Assembly (NCBI GenBank): GCA_963840455.1
Contig: CAWIYV010000004.1
Span: 165,809-229,808, forward strand
Direction: 5' to 3'
Length of the DNA stretch: 64,000 bases
Origin: Nitrospirota bacterium
GTDB lineage: Bacteria; Nitrospirota; UBA9217
Shown here in pieces: positions 31,918 to 43,500 of this stretch (position 1 is its first letter; every line of letters starts with the position of its first letter). Below the pieces are notes generated by a model, which was given only the letters and a program-made list of their open reading frames with translations, ran no database searches and was not told the origin of the DNA. Made by a program: the position numbers and the translations under genes.

Positions 31918-32514
31918 TTATCCGTTCAGCAGCTTCACCACGGCCATGCCGTCGTCATAATGATCGATGATGTTCAGCGCGCCGAAGGCCTGGTCGATGC
32001 GGAACAGGTTCAGCGGGTCGAGACCCAGGGCATCCGCCAGGATGACCCGGTTCACGCCGCCGTGAAGCAGCATGGCGATCTCCTGGTCCGGATGCAACGC
32101 AATGATCCTCCTGTACTCGGGCAGGATGCGGTTCCGCACGTCCTGCAGGCACTCTCCCGCTGGCGGCCGGTAGCTCAAGAGGTCGGCCCGCCAGGCCTTG
32201 TACTCCTCGGGAAATCGCTGCTTGATCTCCTCCGCCGTCAACCCTTCCCACTGACCCACGCTCCGTTCCCGGAGCGCACGGACGGGCGCAGAGGACAGCC
32301 CCAGACGCTCCGAGATGATCCTGGCCCCCTTCACCGAGCGGATAAGATCGCTGGAATACACCGCTGTGACCGGTTTCCCTTCCAGCAGCCAGGCAAGGCG
32401 GTGCATCTGCTCGACACCCTTCGGCGTGATGTCAACGTCGATATGGCCGTTGTATCGTTTCTCGCCGCCATTGTCGACCTCGCCATGGCGCATGAGATAG
32501 ACGCGAGTAACCAT
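31918..32514 (-). CDS. cobC: Alpha-ribazole phosphatase (histidine phosphatase)
   Basis: RHGE, SSDL.R, LRE..G.WEG, HGG; follows cobS. Confidence 0.85.
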   Translation of the reverse strand: MVTRVYLMRHGEVDNGGEKRYNGHIDVDITPKGVEQMHRLAWLLEGKPVTAVYSSDLIRSVKGARIISERLGLSSAPVRALRERSVGQWEGLTAEEIKQRFPEEYKAWRADLLSYRPPAGECLQDVRNRILPEYRRIIALHPDQEIAMLLHGGVNRVILADALGLDPLNLFRIDQAFGALNIIDHYDDGMAVVKLLNG

Positions 32515-32563
32515 GTGGTCTTCCGCTTGCCCGCCTCTCCGTTTAACCTTGAACCTTTCGTTC

Positions 32564-33328
32564 CTATCGTCCACTCATCAGGAATACGAAGATGAGGAGC
32601 GTCAGCGTCTCGCTCATCTCGCTGGCCGCACCCACGGCATCTCCCGTCACGCCGCCGACCTTACGGACCACATACCACCGCCAGAGCATCGTGAACATCG
32701 CGATCATCAGGGGGATCGCGATGGCAAGTACCGCGGTCCTGTTGTCATGCACGATAACATAGGCCGAGATCCCGAGCGAGACCACCGACGCGGCGATGAG
32801 ACCTCCGATACGCACGTGGCCCACGAAGGCCTTGCCCAGCCCGTCCTCCCGGCCGTAATCCGCTTGGAACATCATAAGCATCTGCGACCATCTCCCGAAG
32901 GCGGGCGCGGTCAGCAGTGCGGCCGCCTTGTAGTCATCAAAAAGATTGTTCAGGCAGACATACTTGATCAGCAGGACAAAGACGATGCTCAGGACGCCGG
33001 CGGTGCCGATCCTGCTGTCCTTCATGATGGCAAGGCGCGACTCCCGGTCGGCACCGCCCATGATGCCGTCGATGCTGTCGGCGAGGCCATCGATGTGCAG
33101 GGCCCGGGTGATGACCATGGACAGGATGAGCAGGAAGATGTTCGCAATGGAGTCGGGGAAGAACCACAGAAAGACCCGGTCGGCCCACACCAGGATGAGC
33201 CCGATGAAAAGCCCCACGAAGGGGAAGTAGGTCATGGACCGCGCCAGATCGTTCTCACCCACTTCGTGGTCCTTCCTGACGGTGAAGACGGTGAGGAACT
33301 GGAGCGCTGTTATGAAATTATGCAGCAT
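32564..33328 (-). CDS. cobS: Adenosylcobinamide-GDP ribazoletransferase
   Basis: ALQFLT, LHIDGLAD..DG, MKDSRIG, GGVTGD..GA. Confidence 0.95.
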   Translation of the reverse strand: MLHNFITALQFLTVFTVRKDHEVGENDLARSMTYFPFVGLFIGLILVWADRVFLWFFPDSIANIFLLILSMVITRALHIDGLADSIDGIMGGADRESRLAIMKDSRIGTAGVLSIVFVLLIKYVCLNNLFDDYKAAALLTAPAFGRWSQMLMMFQADYGREDGLGKAFVGHVRIGGLIAASVVSLGISAYVIVHDNRTAVLAIAIPLMIAMFTMLWRWYVVRKVGGVTGDAVGAASEMSETLTLLIFVFLMSGR

Positions 33329-33542
33329 CGTCTATCCTCGGGAATATTTACTTTGACCTTTGGCCCTTAGCTCGAACATTCAGGCATCTCTCTATCAAAA
33401 GCATCTCACGCAAAGCCGCACTGGCCTAAAAAATGAATCGGCCACTCAGGGAATCACGCCGTGAAAATCTTCCGGATGTCAATAAAACCTGAGTGGGCAT
33501 CTTCTCCTGTTGTGAAGAACTTGTTCCTCAATGATCAATCCC

Positions 33543-34619
33543 CTACGCCTCGCGCTTTACCGGTTCTTCGCCCTTCTCCGCAACGCCCGCATCGGCGAAG
33601 GTAGCCATTTCCATCAGGATCTTCACCCCGGCCTCGACGAGCGAGATGCCCAGGGCCGCGCCGGTCCCTTCGCCGAGCCGGAGGTTCAGGTCCAGGAGCG
33701 GCCGCTGTTCAAGGTGCTCCAGCGTCTTCCGATGGCCGATCTCCACGGACTGGTGAGCGGCGATGATGTACCCCTTGACCAGCGGGTTCATTTCAGCGGC
33801 AATGAGCGCGCCCGCCGTGGAGATGAACCCGTCCACCACGACCGGGATGCGGTGAAGCGCCGCGCCCAGCACCAGGCCGGCGATGCCGGCGATCTCGAAG
33901 CCGCCCACCTTGCTCAGCACGTCCAGGGGGTCCTTCGGATCGGGCCGGTTCAGGGCTATGGCCTTCTTGATGACCGCGATCTTGCCCTTGAGCGACGCGT
34001 CGTCGATGCCGGTACCCCTGCCCGTGACCAGCTCAGGCTCCGTCCCGGTGATGACCGACACGATGGCCGAGGACGGCGTCGTGTTCCCGATGCCCATGTC
34101 GCCGGTGCCGATGATGTCGAGGCCGTCCCGGTATTTTTCCACCATCTCGACGCCGGCGAGGATGGCCTGCTCCGCCTCTTCCCGGGTCATGGCCGGCCCG
34201 GCAGCCATGTTCCGCGTGCCGCGACCGACCTTCCGGACCTCGAGGCCCTCGGCGGGCTCGAAGTCGTGGTCGACGCCGATGTCCACCACGATCACCCGGG
34301 CGCCGCAGTGCCGTGCCAGCACGTTCACGCCCGCGCCGCCTCGCAGGAAGTTATAGACCATCTGGGGCGTCACTTCCTTCGGGAAGGCGCTCACGCCCTC
34401 TCCGGCCACGCCATGGTCTCCGGCAAAGGTAAAGATGATCTTGTTCCGGATCTCCGGCCGGTCCTTGCCCGTGATGAGGCAGTACCGCCGCGCAAGCTCC
34501 TCAAGCCGTCCCAGGCTCCCCTGCGGCTTGGTGAGATTGTCCAGCCGCGCCTGGATCGCCACGGCGCGGGATCCATCGACGGGCTGAATTCGTTTAAGAA
34601 TGTCATCAAGTCTGTTCAT
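33543..34619 (-). CDS. cobT: Nicotinate-nucleotide--dimethylbenzimidazole phosphoribosyltransferase
   Basis: [30 protein letters not shown]. Confidence 0.96.
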   Translation of the reverse strand: MNRLDDILKRIQPVDGSRAVAIQARLDNLTKPQGSLGRLEELARRYCLITGKDRPEIRNKIIFTFAGDHGVAGEGVSAFPKEVTPQMVYNFLRGGAGVNVLARHCGARVIVVDIGVDHDFEPAEGLEVRKVGRGTRNMAAGPAMTREEAEQAILAGVEMVEKYRDGLDIIGTGDMGIGNTTPSSAIVSVITGTEPELVTGRGTGIDDASLKGKIAVIKKAIALNRPDPKDPLDVLSKVGGFEIAGIAGLVLGAALHRIPVVVDGFISTAGALIAAEMNPLVKGYIIAAHQSVEIGHRKTLEHLEQRPLLDLNLRLGEGTGAALGISLVEAGVKILMEMATFADAGVAEKGEEPVKREA

Positions 34620-34771
34620 CGCCGTTTCCTTTCACCGTCCGTATTCAATAACGGCAGGTAAACGCAGAACATCACCGAAAATGTATGATTTGTTATGCAA
34701 TGCTGCCTTAACAGCGTCCATCATAATCCAGTCATATCTTTCCGCATTGTATGCTTGTCCTCTCCATGCGA

Positions 34772-35293
34772 TTACTTTATTTTCAAGGGCATCCCCGACG
34801 TTAAAAGGTATGCTTCATCGGAGGCCTGCGCCATCTGCTGGTTCACGAACCCCGCAAGGTCGCGGAACCGGCGCGCCAGGGGATTGTCAGGAACGATGCC
34901 GAGGCCCACCTCGTTCGACACGATGATGCACGTTCCCTTGACGTTCTTGACGGCTTCGACGAGGAGTCCAGATTGTCGGAGCACCTCGTCGTCCCCGTCG
35001 GTATGCGCCATGACATTGCTGAGCCAGAGCGTCAGGCAGTCCAGCAGGACCACGTTATACCGTCCCGAGAGCTTGTGCACCAGCTCGGCCACGGCGAGGG
35101 GCTCCTCGAAGGTATCCCAGGCGCTCCCGCGGCGCTGCCGGTGGTGCTCGATGCGGGCCACCATCTCAGCGTCCAGCGCCTGCGCGGTCGCAAGATACGC
35201 GCGTTTTCCGGAGATGCCGGAAGCGAGCTTTTCTGCGAAGGCCGACTTTCCTGATCGCGCCCCACCGGTGATGAAAGTGATCTTATTCGCCAT
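34772..35293 (-). CDS. cobU: Adenosylcobinamide kinase/phosphate guanylyltransferase
   Basis: GGARSGKS, YLATA, DCLTLW, SNEVG.G.VP. Confidence 0.96.
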   Translation of the reverse strand: MANKITFITGGARSGKSAFAEKLASGISGKRAYLATAQALDAEMVARIEHHRQRRGSAWDTFEEPLAVAELVHKLSGRYNVVLLDCLTLWLSNVMAHTDGDDEVLRQSGLLVEAVKNVKGTCIIVSNEVGLGIVPDNPLARRFRDLAGFVNQQMAQASDEAYLLTSGMPLKIK

Positions 35294-35369
35294 GAAAGCT
35301 GCGCTTTCCCTGGACACTTGCCCCGCTTGTCCCCGAGAGGTTCAGTCGGGGATGACCCATGACCCTTTT

Positions 35370-36026
35370 TTACCGTTTCTTAAAGGCCACGTCGGCAAAA
35401 TAGCTCTCCGCCGAGGTCCCCGTGTGCTGGGAGTTGATCTGGAACCGCACACCCTCCACGGCCGGCGGTTCACTGCCATAGAGTTTCTTGTAATCCTCGT
35501 ACACGTTCCGGCTCTCGGTGATCCACTTGCCGAGCTCGGCCGGGCCGGAGCGGACCACCACGACCTTGACGGTCATGAACGGCACCGGCGAGGTGGACTC
35601 CATCAGACCCTGGGGAGCCGACGTGTCCCAGATGTAGACGATCGCTTTGGTCTTGGTGAAGGCGAGGAAGAGCTGAGCGGCCTGATCGTCGGTCTTCGAT
35701 CTCCGGAAATCGCCGTTCTTCGGCAGCTGCGTCACCTTCCATTTCCACGAGAGAACGGGATAGCGCTTCACATCGACGTTCACCTTGCCCTGCACCGAGA
35801 AGGAGCTGTCCACGCTCTTCAGGTGGAGTGCCGGAATATCGCCGTCCCGCATCACATCGAATGCGGCCTTGCCTGACTTGACCTTCAGTTCCCAGCTGGG
35901 CGGCATTCCCCTTGGTACGATCCAGGTGGAGAAATCGGCAATGACGATGCTGTCTTCCGCCGCCTGGACTCCGGACGCCGCACAGAGGATCGGCAACACG
36001 AGCAGGATGGCTATGATGGATCGCAT
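35370..36026 (-). CDS. DUF3047-like exported protein
   Basis: P.LSWKWKV, DD.AA, YIW, W..E.RNV..DY; signal peptide. Confidence 0.75.
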   Translation of the reverse strand: MRSIIAILLVLPILCAASGVQAAEDSIVIADFSTWIVPRGMPPSWELKVKSGKAAFDVMRDGDIPALHLKSVDSSFSVQGKVNVDVKRYPVLSWKWKVTQLPKNGDFRRSKTDDQAAQLFLAFTKTKAIVYIWDTSAPQGLMESTSPVPFMTVKVVVVRSGPAELGKWITESRNVYEDYKKLYGSEPPAVEGVRFQINSQHTGTSAESYFADVAFKKR

Positions 36027-36090
36027 AAGATAATTCCTCCTATAAAAAAACCCCCACCTGGTTTGTCAGGCAGGGGTGGTTGGTAAAAAA

Positions 36091-36166
36091 TGGAGCGGGC
36101 GACGGGTTTCGAACCCGCGACCCCAAGCTTGGGAAGCTTGTACTCTACCAGCTGAGCTACGCCCGC
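36091..36166 (-). tRNA. tRNA-Gly (anticodon CCC)
   Basis: GCGGGCGTAGCTCAGCTGGTAGAG..CAAGC-TTCCCAA-GCTTG..GGTTCGAAACC..CTCCA, 76 nt with encoded CCA. Confidence 0.97.
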
Positions 36167-36241
36167 TTAATGTGAGGTATTATAATTACGACCACTCGCA
36201 TTGTCAATCAAAAATCAGGCCCAGCCGGCCCCGACGCACGA

Positions 36242-36730
36242 CTACAGGAGCGCTTTGATCTCCTTCTCGAGCTCCTCGTCATTCCCCGCCCCCATGTACT
36301 GTTTCCTGATGATGCCCTGCTTGTCCACCAGGTACATCGCCGGGATCATGCGCACCAGGTATTTCGCGGACACGTCGTCCGTGCCTTTCAGCACGGCATA
36401 GGTGATCTTGTTTTCGGCGACGAAGTCCCTGACCTTGTCCCACCCTCCCTCGTCGTACGAGATCGCCAGGATCGTCAGCCCCTTGTTGCCGTAGGCCTTG
36501 TGCAGCCGCTCGATGCCGGGGATGGACGCACGGCACGGCGGGCACCACGTCGCCCAGAATTCCAGCAGCACCACCGAACCCTTCAGGCCGGAAAGGGTCA
36601 CTTTCTTCCCTGACAGGTCCTGGAGAGTGAAATCGGGCGCAGCAGCGGAAGCTGACCCCTTCTCCTTGCTGGTGCACCCCGGGAGCAGGGCAAGGATGAC
36701 GAGTGCGGCGGCCAACAGGTTCTTGATCAT
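36242..36730 (-). CDS. TlpA family thiol-disulfide oxidoreductase lipoprotein
   Basis: LPGC lipobox, FWATWCPPC. Confidence 0.9.
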   Translation of the reverse strand: MIKNLLAAALVILALLPGCTSKEKGSASAAAPDFTLQDLSGKKVTLSGLKGSVVLLEFWATWCPPCRASIPGIERLHKAYGNKGLTILAISYDEGGWDKVRDFVAENKITYAVLKGTDDVSAKYLVRMIPAMYLVDKQGIIRKQYMGAGNDEELEKEIKALL

Positions 36731-36826
36731 CGGGCTGCTCCTTGACGAGGGGAAACAATGACCCGGCGGCCGATCGATCAGGGCCGCCGGGGAAAGGGTG
36801 CCATGGTGAAGCGAACAGGAAGGTGG

Positions 36827-37147
36827 TTATGCCAGAAGCGAATCGACCTTGGTCTTGAGCTGTGCCTTCGGCACCGCACCGACGACCTGGTCAACCCGCT
36901 CGCCGTTCTTGAAGAACATCAGGGTGGGGATCCCCATGATCTTGTACCGCCCCGCGACGTCGGGGTTCTCGTCGGTGTTGAGCTTAAGCACCTTGAGCTT
37001 GCCTGCGTATTCCTTGGATATCTCATCGACGATGGGCGCGACCATCCTGCACGGCCCGCACCACACCGCCCAGAAATCCACCAGGACGAGAGTCGTCGAC
37101 TTCAGTACTTCCTGATCCCACGTTGCGCTCGTAACTGCGTCAGCCAT
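36827..37147 (-). CDS. trxA: Thioredoxin
   Basis: [15 protein letters not shown]. Confidence 0.96.
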   Translation of the reverse strand: MADAVTSATWDQEVLKSTTLVLVDFWAVWCGPCRMVAPIVDEISKEYAGKLKVLKLNTDENPDVAGRYKIMGIPTLMFFKNGERVDQVVGAVPKAQLKTKVDSLLA

Positions 37148-37165
37148 GCCTTCCTCCTGAACTCG

Positions 37166-37363
37166 TTAGTGTACTCCCGGCACTGCCGGGACGACCGTCT
37201 TTTTCCTTATCGCCCCTTCGGGACAGACACGGGGGCATGCACCGCAATCGTTGCATTCCAGGGAGATCACGGCCTTGCCGTCCTCGATACGGATCGCTTC
37301 AACGGGGCAAACATCGGTACAGGTACCGCAGCCGGTGCAGGTTGTTCGATTGACAATATGCAT
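37166..37363 (-). CDS. 2[4Fe-4S] ferredoxin
   Basis: Two CxxCxxCxxxCP motifs. Confidence 0.88.
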   Translation of the reverse strand: MHIVNRTTCTGCGTCTDVCPVEAIRIEDGKAVISLECNDCGACPRVCPEGAIRKKTVVPAVPGVH

Positions 37364-37440
37364 GTTCAGGAACGTAAAGATTATAGACTCCGGCTTCCTC
37401 AGTTGTCAATAACTTTTACTTGTGGCATAATCGTTTCGCG

Positions 37441-40400
37441 ATGAAGGTCCTTCTTGTTCCCTGCGGCGATGCGGGATGGCGGGAAAAACAGCGGCTGCTG
37501 GGCGGACTTCTTTCCCAACGGCCCGCCCCCCCCTTCCTGTATAACGATGTTTTGCTCCTCGTCCCGTCCGCCCGTCTTCTGAGGACGTACGGCACGCTCT
37601 TCCTCGACTGGGCGGAGCATACACACGGGACCGGCGCGATCGTCCCTCCCGACATCCAGACGCTCTCCCAGTTCTTCCAGCGCCTCTGCCACGGTCTCGG
37701 CGGCCCCACGCTCATCGACGAGAACAGCAGGCTCATCCTCTTCGAAGGGATCGTGAAGGAGCTCATCACCGCGACCGGGGGGTTCGGCGGAAAGCCCGAC
37801 CTCCTCGCTCCGTCCCTCTCTGCTGCTGTTGCCTCAATGGTCGAGGAACTGTCACTGGCAGGCGTCTTCCCCGAACGGCTGGCCGCGACCGTGGCTGCTT
37901 CCGAGTCCGTTGGAAAACGACAGGTTACCCTGCTCGTCAATGCTTACGAGCGTTACGAACGCATCCTCGCTGACAAGGGGCTGGTCGATCCAGCGGGCAT
38001 GCTTGCCGCGCTGGCCGATCGCTTCGATCCGGCATGGCTGGCAGGCTACAGGACCGTGATCATCGACGGGATACACCATGCCAACGAACTCCAGGCGCGG
38101 GTCCTGCGCACCATAGCGGCGCATTCCGACTGCACGCTCATCATTGACGCCGCCTCGCTCGACGCCATCCGTAGCGCCGGAGAGTACCATCCCCTGCGGC
38201 TGGTGAAGGAGTTCCTGGCCAATATCGGCGCTTCCGGCGGCGAGATCTCCGGTTCGGCGGATGCTGACGAACGCTTCCTTGCCGATGCCCTGTTCTCGGA
38301 CCGTTCCTTCGACCAGGTGGCAAAGTCCGCACCCAGTCCGGATGCTTTCGGCAGGGACCTCCGGCTCGCCTCAGCAGTGAACACCCGCGAAGAGGTGTCC
38401 TGGATCGCCGGAGAAGTGAAGCGGTCACTCCGGAACGGCACCGCGCCGGACAGCACCCTCGTTGCTTTCCCATCACTCGACGAGTATGGACCGCTCGTGG
38501 AAGAGGTCTTCAATGACTTCGGCATCCCCTTCAACCGTGCACTGGGGCGTCAGCTCAGCTCCTCGCCCGTGGCAACTGCGCTCATCTCGCTCCTTACCGC
38601 TTCCCACGAGGATTTTTCCGGCCCATCGCTCCTGCGGGTCTTCAGTTCACCCTTCCTCAAGTTCGCCGAGGACCACTCCCTGACGCCTGCCCTTGACCGA
38701 TTCCTGCGGAACAGCCGCATCACCGGCGGTAAGGACCGCATACTCTATGCGCTGAAGCGCCATGCTTCCGGCGAAGAAGGGGCCGATGCCCTCGCTCCTC
38801 CCCTGTCCGATCTTGCTGCAGCACTCCGTCCCTTCTCCGAACCTGGGTCTGCGGCCCTTTCGATCTGGATGGAACGGCTCAATGCGCTCGTCGCGTGGTC
38901 CGGCATGGCGCAGAGGATCGCGGGCCTGCCGGGCGCGTTCAATATCAATCTGCAGGCATATCGAAAATTGGAAGAGACCATCGCCTCGCTCGGATGGGCA
39001 GGCAGCCTCTTTCCGGAATACCAGTACACCTTCAGCGAATGGCTTTTCCTGCTCAAGAAGACCTTTATGCACGCCCGGTTCCAGGTCCCGCCGGAAGACG
39101 AGGGCGGCGTCCAGGTCCTGGGCATGGAGGAAAGTATGGGCCGCGCCTGGGCTGAGGTCTATGTGGGCGGTTTGATCGACGGCAAATTTCCCCAGCGCCT
39201 GCCGCAGAACATATTCCTGCCCGAGGCTACCCTCGAGACGCTCGGCGTCCGGACGCTCGAGAACGCTCGTCTTAACGCAGCCTACCAGTTCTACCGGCTC
39301 ATGCTTGCGGCTCCCCGGATCTCGCTGACCTGGCCCACTGCGGTCGGCGACAAACCAACGGTCAAATCGCCCTTCCTTTCCGAGCTCGAGCCGCTCATTC
39401 GGGCAAAGCTTCTCAAGCCGAGCGAGAACGAACGGTTTAGCCTCAGCGCTCACGACAGCAGGAGTGTTCCGGAACTTGCGAAGGCTATCAGCCGGATAAA
39501 AGAGGTCCGGGGCATGGAGAGCGTCCTTGCCGCGGACCAGGAAGGCCTTGCCGGAATCAGGTCCGCGCTCGAGCTTCGACCGCCTGCCCGGTCCGCGCCG
39601 GTTATTCCGCTGGAGCAGACCGAGTTCTCGGTCACCGAACTGGACGACTACCTCCGGTGCCCCTACGATTACTATGTGAAGCACCGGATCAGGATCGCGC
39701 CGCTCGAGGAAGTGACCGAGGACATCTCGGCCCTTGCCCGGGGAAGCAAGGTCCATGCGATCCTGAAGGATTTTTACGAGCAGTGGAAGGGGCCCGTGAC
39801 TGCAGGAGACCGCGAAAAGACGCGGGAGCTCCTTGCGTCGCTTGCCCGGACTGAATACAACCGGGAAGCGGACACGTTCCGCAACCGGCGGGAATATTCG
39901 TTCTTCCTGAACACGATGGCAGAACGGTTCCTCGACGCGGAGACCGCTTTGGACAGGACCGCGTTCCGTCCCGTGCGCCTGGAGTGGAAGATCGAGTCGT
40001 TCAGACTTACGCTCGCTGACGGTACCGAGGTCGAGCTCCACGGCAAGATCGACCGCATCGACGCGGACCAGGACGGCAATTTCGTGGTCATCGACTACAA
40101 GACCGGGAAATATCCCGAAGCAAGGGATAAGCTTGCGCAGGAGATCTTCCAGCTGCCGGTCTATGCGGTCATGGCTCGCGCTACTGCTCCCGACAGCGGG
40201 GCATCTTTAAGGAAAGCAGTCGGACTCGCTTATTACGATCTTTCGGGCAGGACAGCAGCTCATGCACGCGACATGGTGCTCTACGACAAGGACGCGCTCT
40301 CGGAGCAGCCCGCGTCAAAGCCGAACGCCAGCAAAAAGAGCCCCGATGATCTTGCTGCAATTCTGAACCTGAGCATAGCCGACGCGAAGAAAGCGATCGA

Positions 40401-40506
40401 GGGCATCCGCGCCAACAGCTTCTCTGCAGTGCCGCGCGACCCGAAGGCCTGCCGTTTCTGCGTCAACGAGGTGCTGTGCGGCCGCAGGTCAGAGGACGAG
40501 GAATGA
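37441..40506 (+). CDS. addB: AddB/RexB-like PD-(D/E)xK nuclease subunit
   Basis: SVTEL..Y.RCPY, GKIDRID, IDYKTG, C..C.....C Fe-S staple; coupled to the helicase gene. Confidence 0.8.
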   Translation: MKVLLVPCGDAGWREKQRLLGGLLSQRPAPPFLYNDVLLLVPSARLLRTYGTLFLDWAEHTHGTGAIVPPDIQTLSQFFQRLCHGLGGPTLIDENSRLILFEGIVKELITATGGFGGKPDLLAPSLSAAVASMVEELSLAGVFPERLAATVAASESVGKRQVTLLVNAYERYERILADKGLVDPAGMLAALADRFDPAWLAGYRTVIIDGIHHANELQARVLRTIAAHSDCTLIIDAASLDAIRSAGEYHPLRLVKEFLANIGASGGEISGSADADERFLADALFSDRSFDQVAKSAPSPDAFGRDLRLASAVNTREEVSWIAGEVKRSLRNGTAPDSTLVAFPSLDEYGPLVEEVFNDFGIPFNRALGRQLSSSPVATALISLLTASHEDFSGPSLLRVFSSPFLKFAEDHSLTPALDRFLRNSRITGGKDRILYALKRHASGEEGADALAPPLSDLAAALRPFSEPGSAALSIWMERLNALVAWSGMAQRIAGLPGAFNINLQAYRKLEETIASLGWAGSLFPEYQYTFSEWLFLLKKTFMHARFQVPPEDEGGVQVLGMEESMGRAWAEVYVGGLIDGKFPQRLPQNIFLPEATLETLGVRTLENARLNAAYQFYRLMLAAPRISLTWPTAVGDKPTVKSPFLSELEPLIRAKLLKPSENERFSLSAHDSRSVPELAKAISRIKEVRGMESVLAADQEGLAGIRSALELRPPARSAPVIPLEQTEFSVTELDDYLRCPYDYYVKHRIRIAPLEEVTEDISALARGSKVHAILKDFYEQWKGPVTAGDREKTRELLASLARTEYNREADTFRNRREYSFFLNTMAERFLDAETALDRTAFRPVRLEWKIESFRLTLADGTEVELHGKIDRIDADQDGNFVVIDYKTGKYPEARDKLAQEIFQLPVYAVMARATAPDSGASLRKAVGLAYYDLSGRTAAHARDMVLYDKDALSEQPASKPNASKKSPDDLAAILNLSIADAKKAIEGIRANSFSAVPRDPKACRFCVNEVLCGRRSEDEE

Positions 40507-43500
40507 CGGACCAGAGCGACAGCGCCATGGCGCGGTTCATACACCTCTCCGCCTCGGCAGGCTCGGGCAAGACCCGTGCGCTTACCGAGCGCTACGTGGC
40601 GCTCCTCCGGGAGCTCACGGTGCGCCGGCTCAACATCGACCAGGCCGTGGCGATCACGTTCACGGACAAGGCCGCTGCCGAGATCAAGGACCGGGTCTTG
40701 AAGGGCCTGTCCGAGGATCTGCTCAAGATGATCATCCGGGGGCGGCAGGACCTTCGCATCTCCACGATCCACTCCTTCTGCATGAACCTGCTGAAGCGCT
40801 ATCCGCTCGAAGCGGGCCTCCCGCCGGACTTCGGCATCCTTGACGAGCGGGACAAGGCATACAAGGTCCAACAGGCCGTCGAAGCGGCCCTTGAGGACCT
40901 GGACCAGGACCGCGCTGTCATGGAACCGCTCCGGGAATATTCGGCGAACGATCTGGTCAGTCTTATGGAGTTCCTGATTTCGCTCAGGACCAGGCTCAAG
41001 CGCATGGAGATCGATGCGGGCGGGCCCGCAGGCCTGCTCGGCAGCCTCCGCCGCGGCATGGAACTCGACGGCGCCGATGCTGAACTGAAGGCGCTGCTCA
41101 CGGGACCGGAGTGGAAGACCGTATTCAGGCGCGTTGCAGACCTGGTCCGGGACCTCGGAGAGGACCCCGCTGAGAACCTCGTTGTCGAACATTGCGCTCT
41201 CGGCGAGACCTGCGACGCTGAAGCGGCATACCGCGCGGCAAATGTCCTGCTGAACCTTTACAGCACGCTCAAAGGAACACCGCGGAAGAATCCCTGGATA
41301 CCGAAGGGCAAGCGGCTGACGAAGACCTATGATGCCTACAAGGAAGCATACGCGTCGGCACAGGAGCTTTTCTTCCGGTTCCGCGAGCTCTCCAGTCGTG
41401 TCCGCGCAGGCAGCGAAGCGCAGAGCATGATCAGGCTCTATCTCCGCGCCGAAGAGCACTATCTTGACCTCAAGCTCCGCGAGGGACTCCTGGACTTCGA
41501 CGACCTCGAGATCTTCGCCTACCGCCTGCTCAAGGGACAGGAATCGCCCGACATCCTGTACTGGCTCGACCGGAAGGTCCTGCACTACCTGGTCGACGAG
41601 TTCCAGGACACCAGCGATATCCAGTGGGCGGTCCTGGACCGGCTGACCGAGGAGATATTCTCCGGCCAGGGCGCAATCAAGCCCATGCAGCCCTCGCTCT
41701 TCGTGGTCGGAGACAAGAAGCAGTCGATCTACCGCTTCCGCGAGGCGAACTACCGGCTCATCGACGACGTTCGGCAGGCAATGGAAGCGCTCCCCGCGGG
41801 ATCACAAGAGATCCGGACGCTGGACCGGAACTACCGGTCCGTTCCCGAGGTCATCGGCGCGGTGAACGAGGTATTCTCAGTGCTCTGGCAGCAGGAGTAT
41901 CAGACCCTGAAGGCGGCGCGCAGGTCACACCATGGCACGGTCACGCTGATCGAGGTCCTGCCGCCAACTGGACCGGAGGACCTGACCGAGGCAGCGGTCC
42001 TGGCGCAGGAGATACGCAGGCTCGTGGACGCGGGAACCCCGATCCAGATCAAGGTCAAGGACAAGGACGGAGAGTCCTGGAAATCGCGGCAGGCCGGCTA
42101 CAGCGACTGCGCCATCCTCATCCAGTCCCGCACACGGCTGAAGGAGTATGAGGCAGCGCTCCTCGCCGACGGCGTCCCCTTCCGCGTGGTCGGCGGGATC
42201 GGCTTCTACGAGGAGGACGAGGTCCAGGCGATCATCAGCGTGCTGTTCTACCTCTGGAACCACGATGACCGGATGGCGCTCGCCGCCAGCCTCAAATCCG
42301 CGCTCTTCGGTCTGACAGACCGCGACCTCGAGGCCCTCCTGAGCGAGGGTGGAAGCCTTTCCGAAGCACTTCGGCGGCTCTTTCCTGACATCGCGGCCAT
42401 GCTGGAACGCTGGCGGGAACTTGCCGGGGTGGTGCCTCTCGCCCCGCTCGTGCACCGCATCATCGCTGACACTGGCGCCTACGTCCGCTTCGGCAAGCGC
42501 CGCAGTCAGGCCATCTTCAACCTGGACAAGCTGCTCGACACGGCGCGGGAGTTCGACCGCCGCGGATACACCACCCTCCAGGATTTTGTCGCCTGGGTGC
42601 AGAGCATGCGCGAATCGGAGCAGCGCGAGGCCACGGCAGACATGAACCTGCCCGGTGACCAGGGAGCCGTGAGCATCATGACCGTGCACAAGGCCAAGGG
42701 GCTGGAGTTCCCGGTGGTCTTCCTGCCGGGCATGAACCAGCAGACCAGGTCACTGAAGACCGGGCCGGAGGTCATCGTCGAGGCGGCCAAGGACGGCCGT
42801 ATGCGGATGGCCGGTCCTGACCGGGACAATCCGATATATGAGGAGCTGTGGGAACGGGAGCAGGCGGAGCTACGGCAGGAGCATCAGCGGCTGCTCTACG
42901 TCGCTATGACCAGGGCATGCGATCACCTCATCATGGCCGGCACACTTGCTGGCGGCAGGAAGCCCGGACAGTCACCAACAGCAGGCCCCAACACCTGGCT
43001 CCAGTATCTCCACGATGCGATCCCTGCACTCAACAGGCAGGAGGGTATTGCAGCTGAAGGCATTCTCTCCTTCACCTATCCGGACTGGAAGCCTCAGGCG
43101 CTTGCCGATGAGCGTCCCATAACTCCTAGGCGCGGCATGAGCGAACAGGGACAGCCGCCTGTCATCGATCCCACGGCGATAAGCGAGAACATTTCACCGC
43201 TGCCGCAGTCGGACAGCATTCCGTGGAAAAAGGCAACGGACTTCCTCCTGCCCCTCAGGGAACAGCCAGTCGAACAGGAAATCCCCCGGGATGCGGCATA
43301 TCTGTCACCGCTGACGCGAGGAATTTTCTTCCACCGTTGTCTCGAGCTTGCTGCCACAACAGGGCGCTTTGACCTGGACCGGGTCATGCGGGAATTCCCC
43401 GAGGTCGTGGCCTTGGCGCCTGATGAGCAGCTACGGTTCCAGTCCGAAGCGGAACTGGTTCTCCGTTCGGTGACCGGGAACGAGGAACTGGCCTGGATCT

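Noticed and set aside
33405-33450. Third GEMM riboswitch or cobalamin riboswitch (ACGCAAAGCC..GGCCTAA)
   Set aside because: No P2 GNRA hairpin, wrong strand for cobS, and it matches the CTCACGCAAAGCCGC short-repeat type. No B12-box was seen upstream of the cob genes.
36030-36240. Genomic island integrated at tRNA-Gly
   Set aside because: No integrase and no duplicated tRNA 3' end seen in the window; flanking genes are housekeeping.
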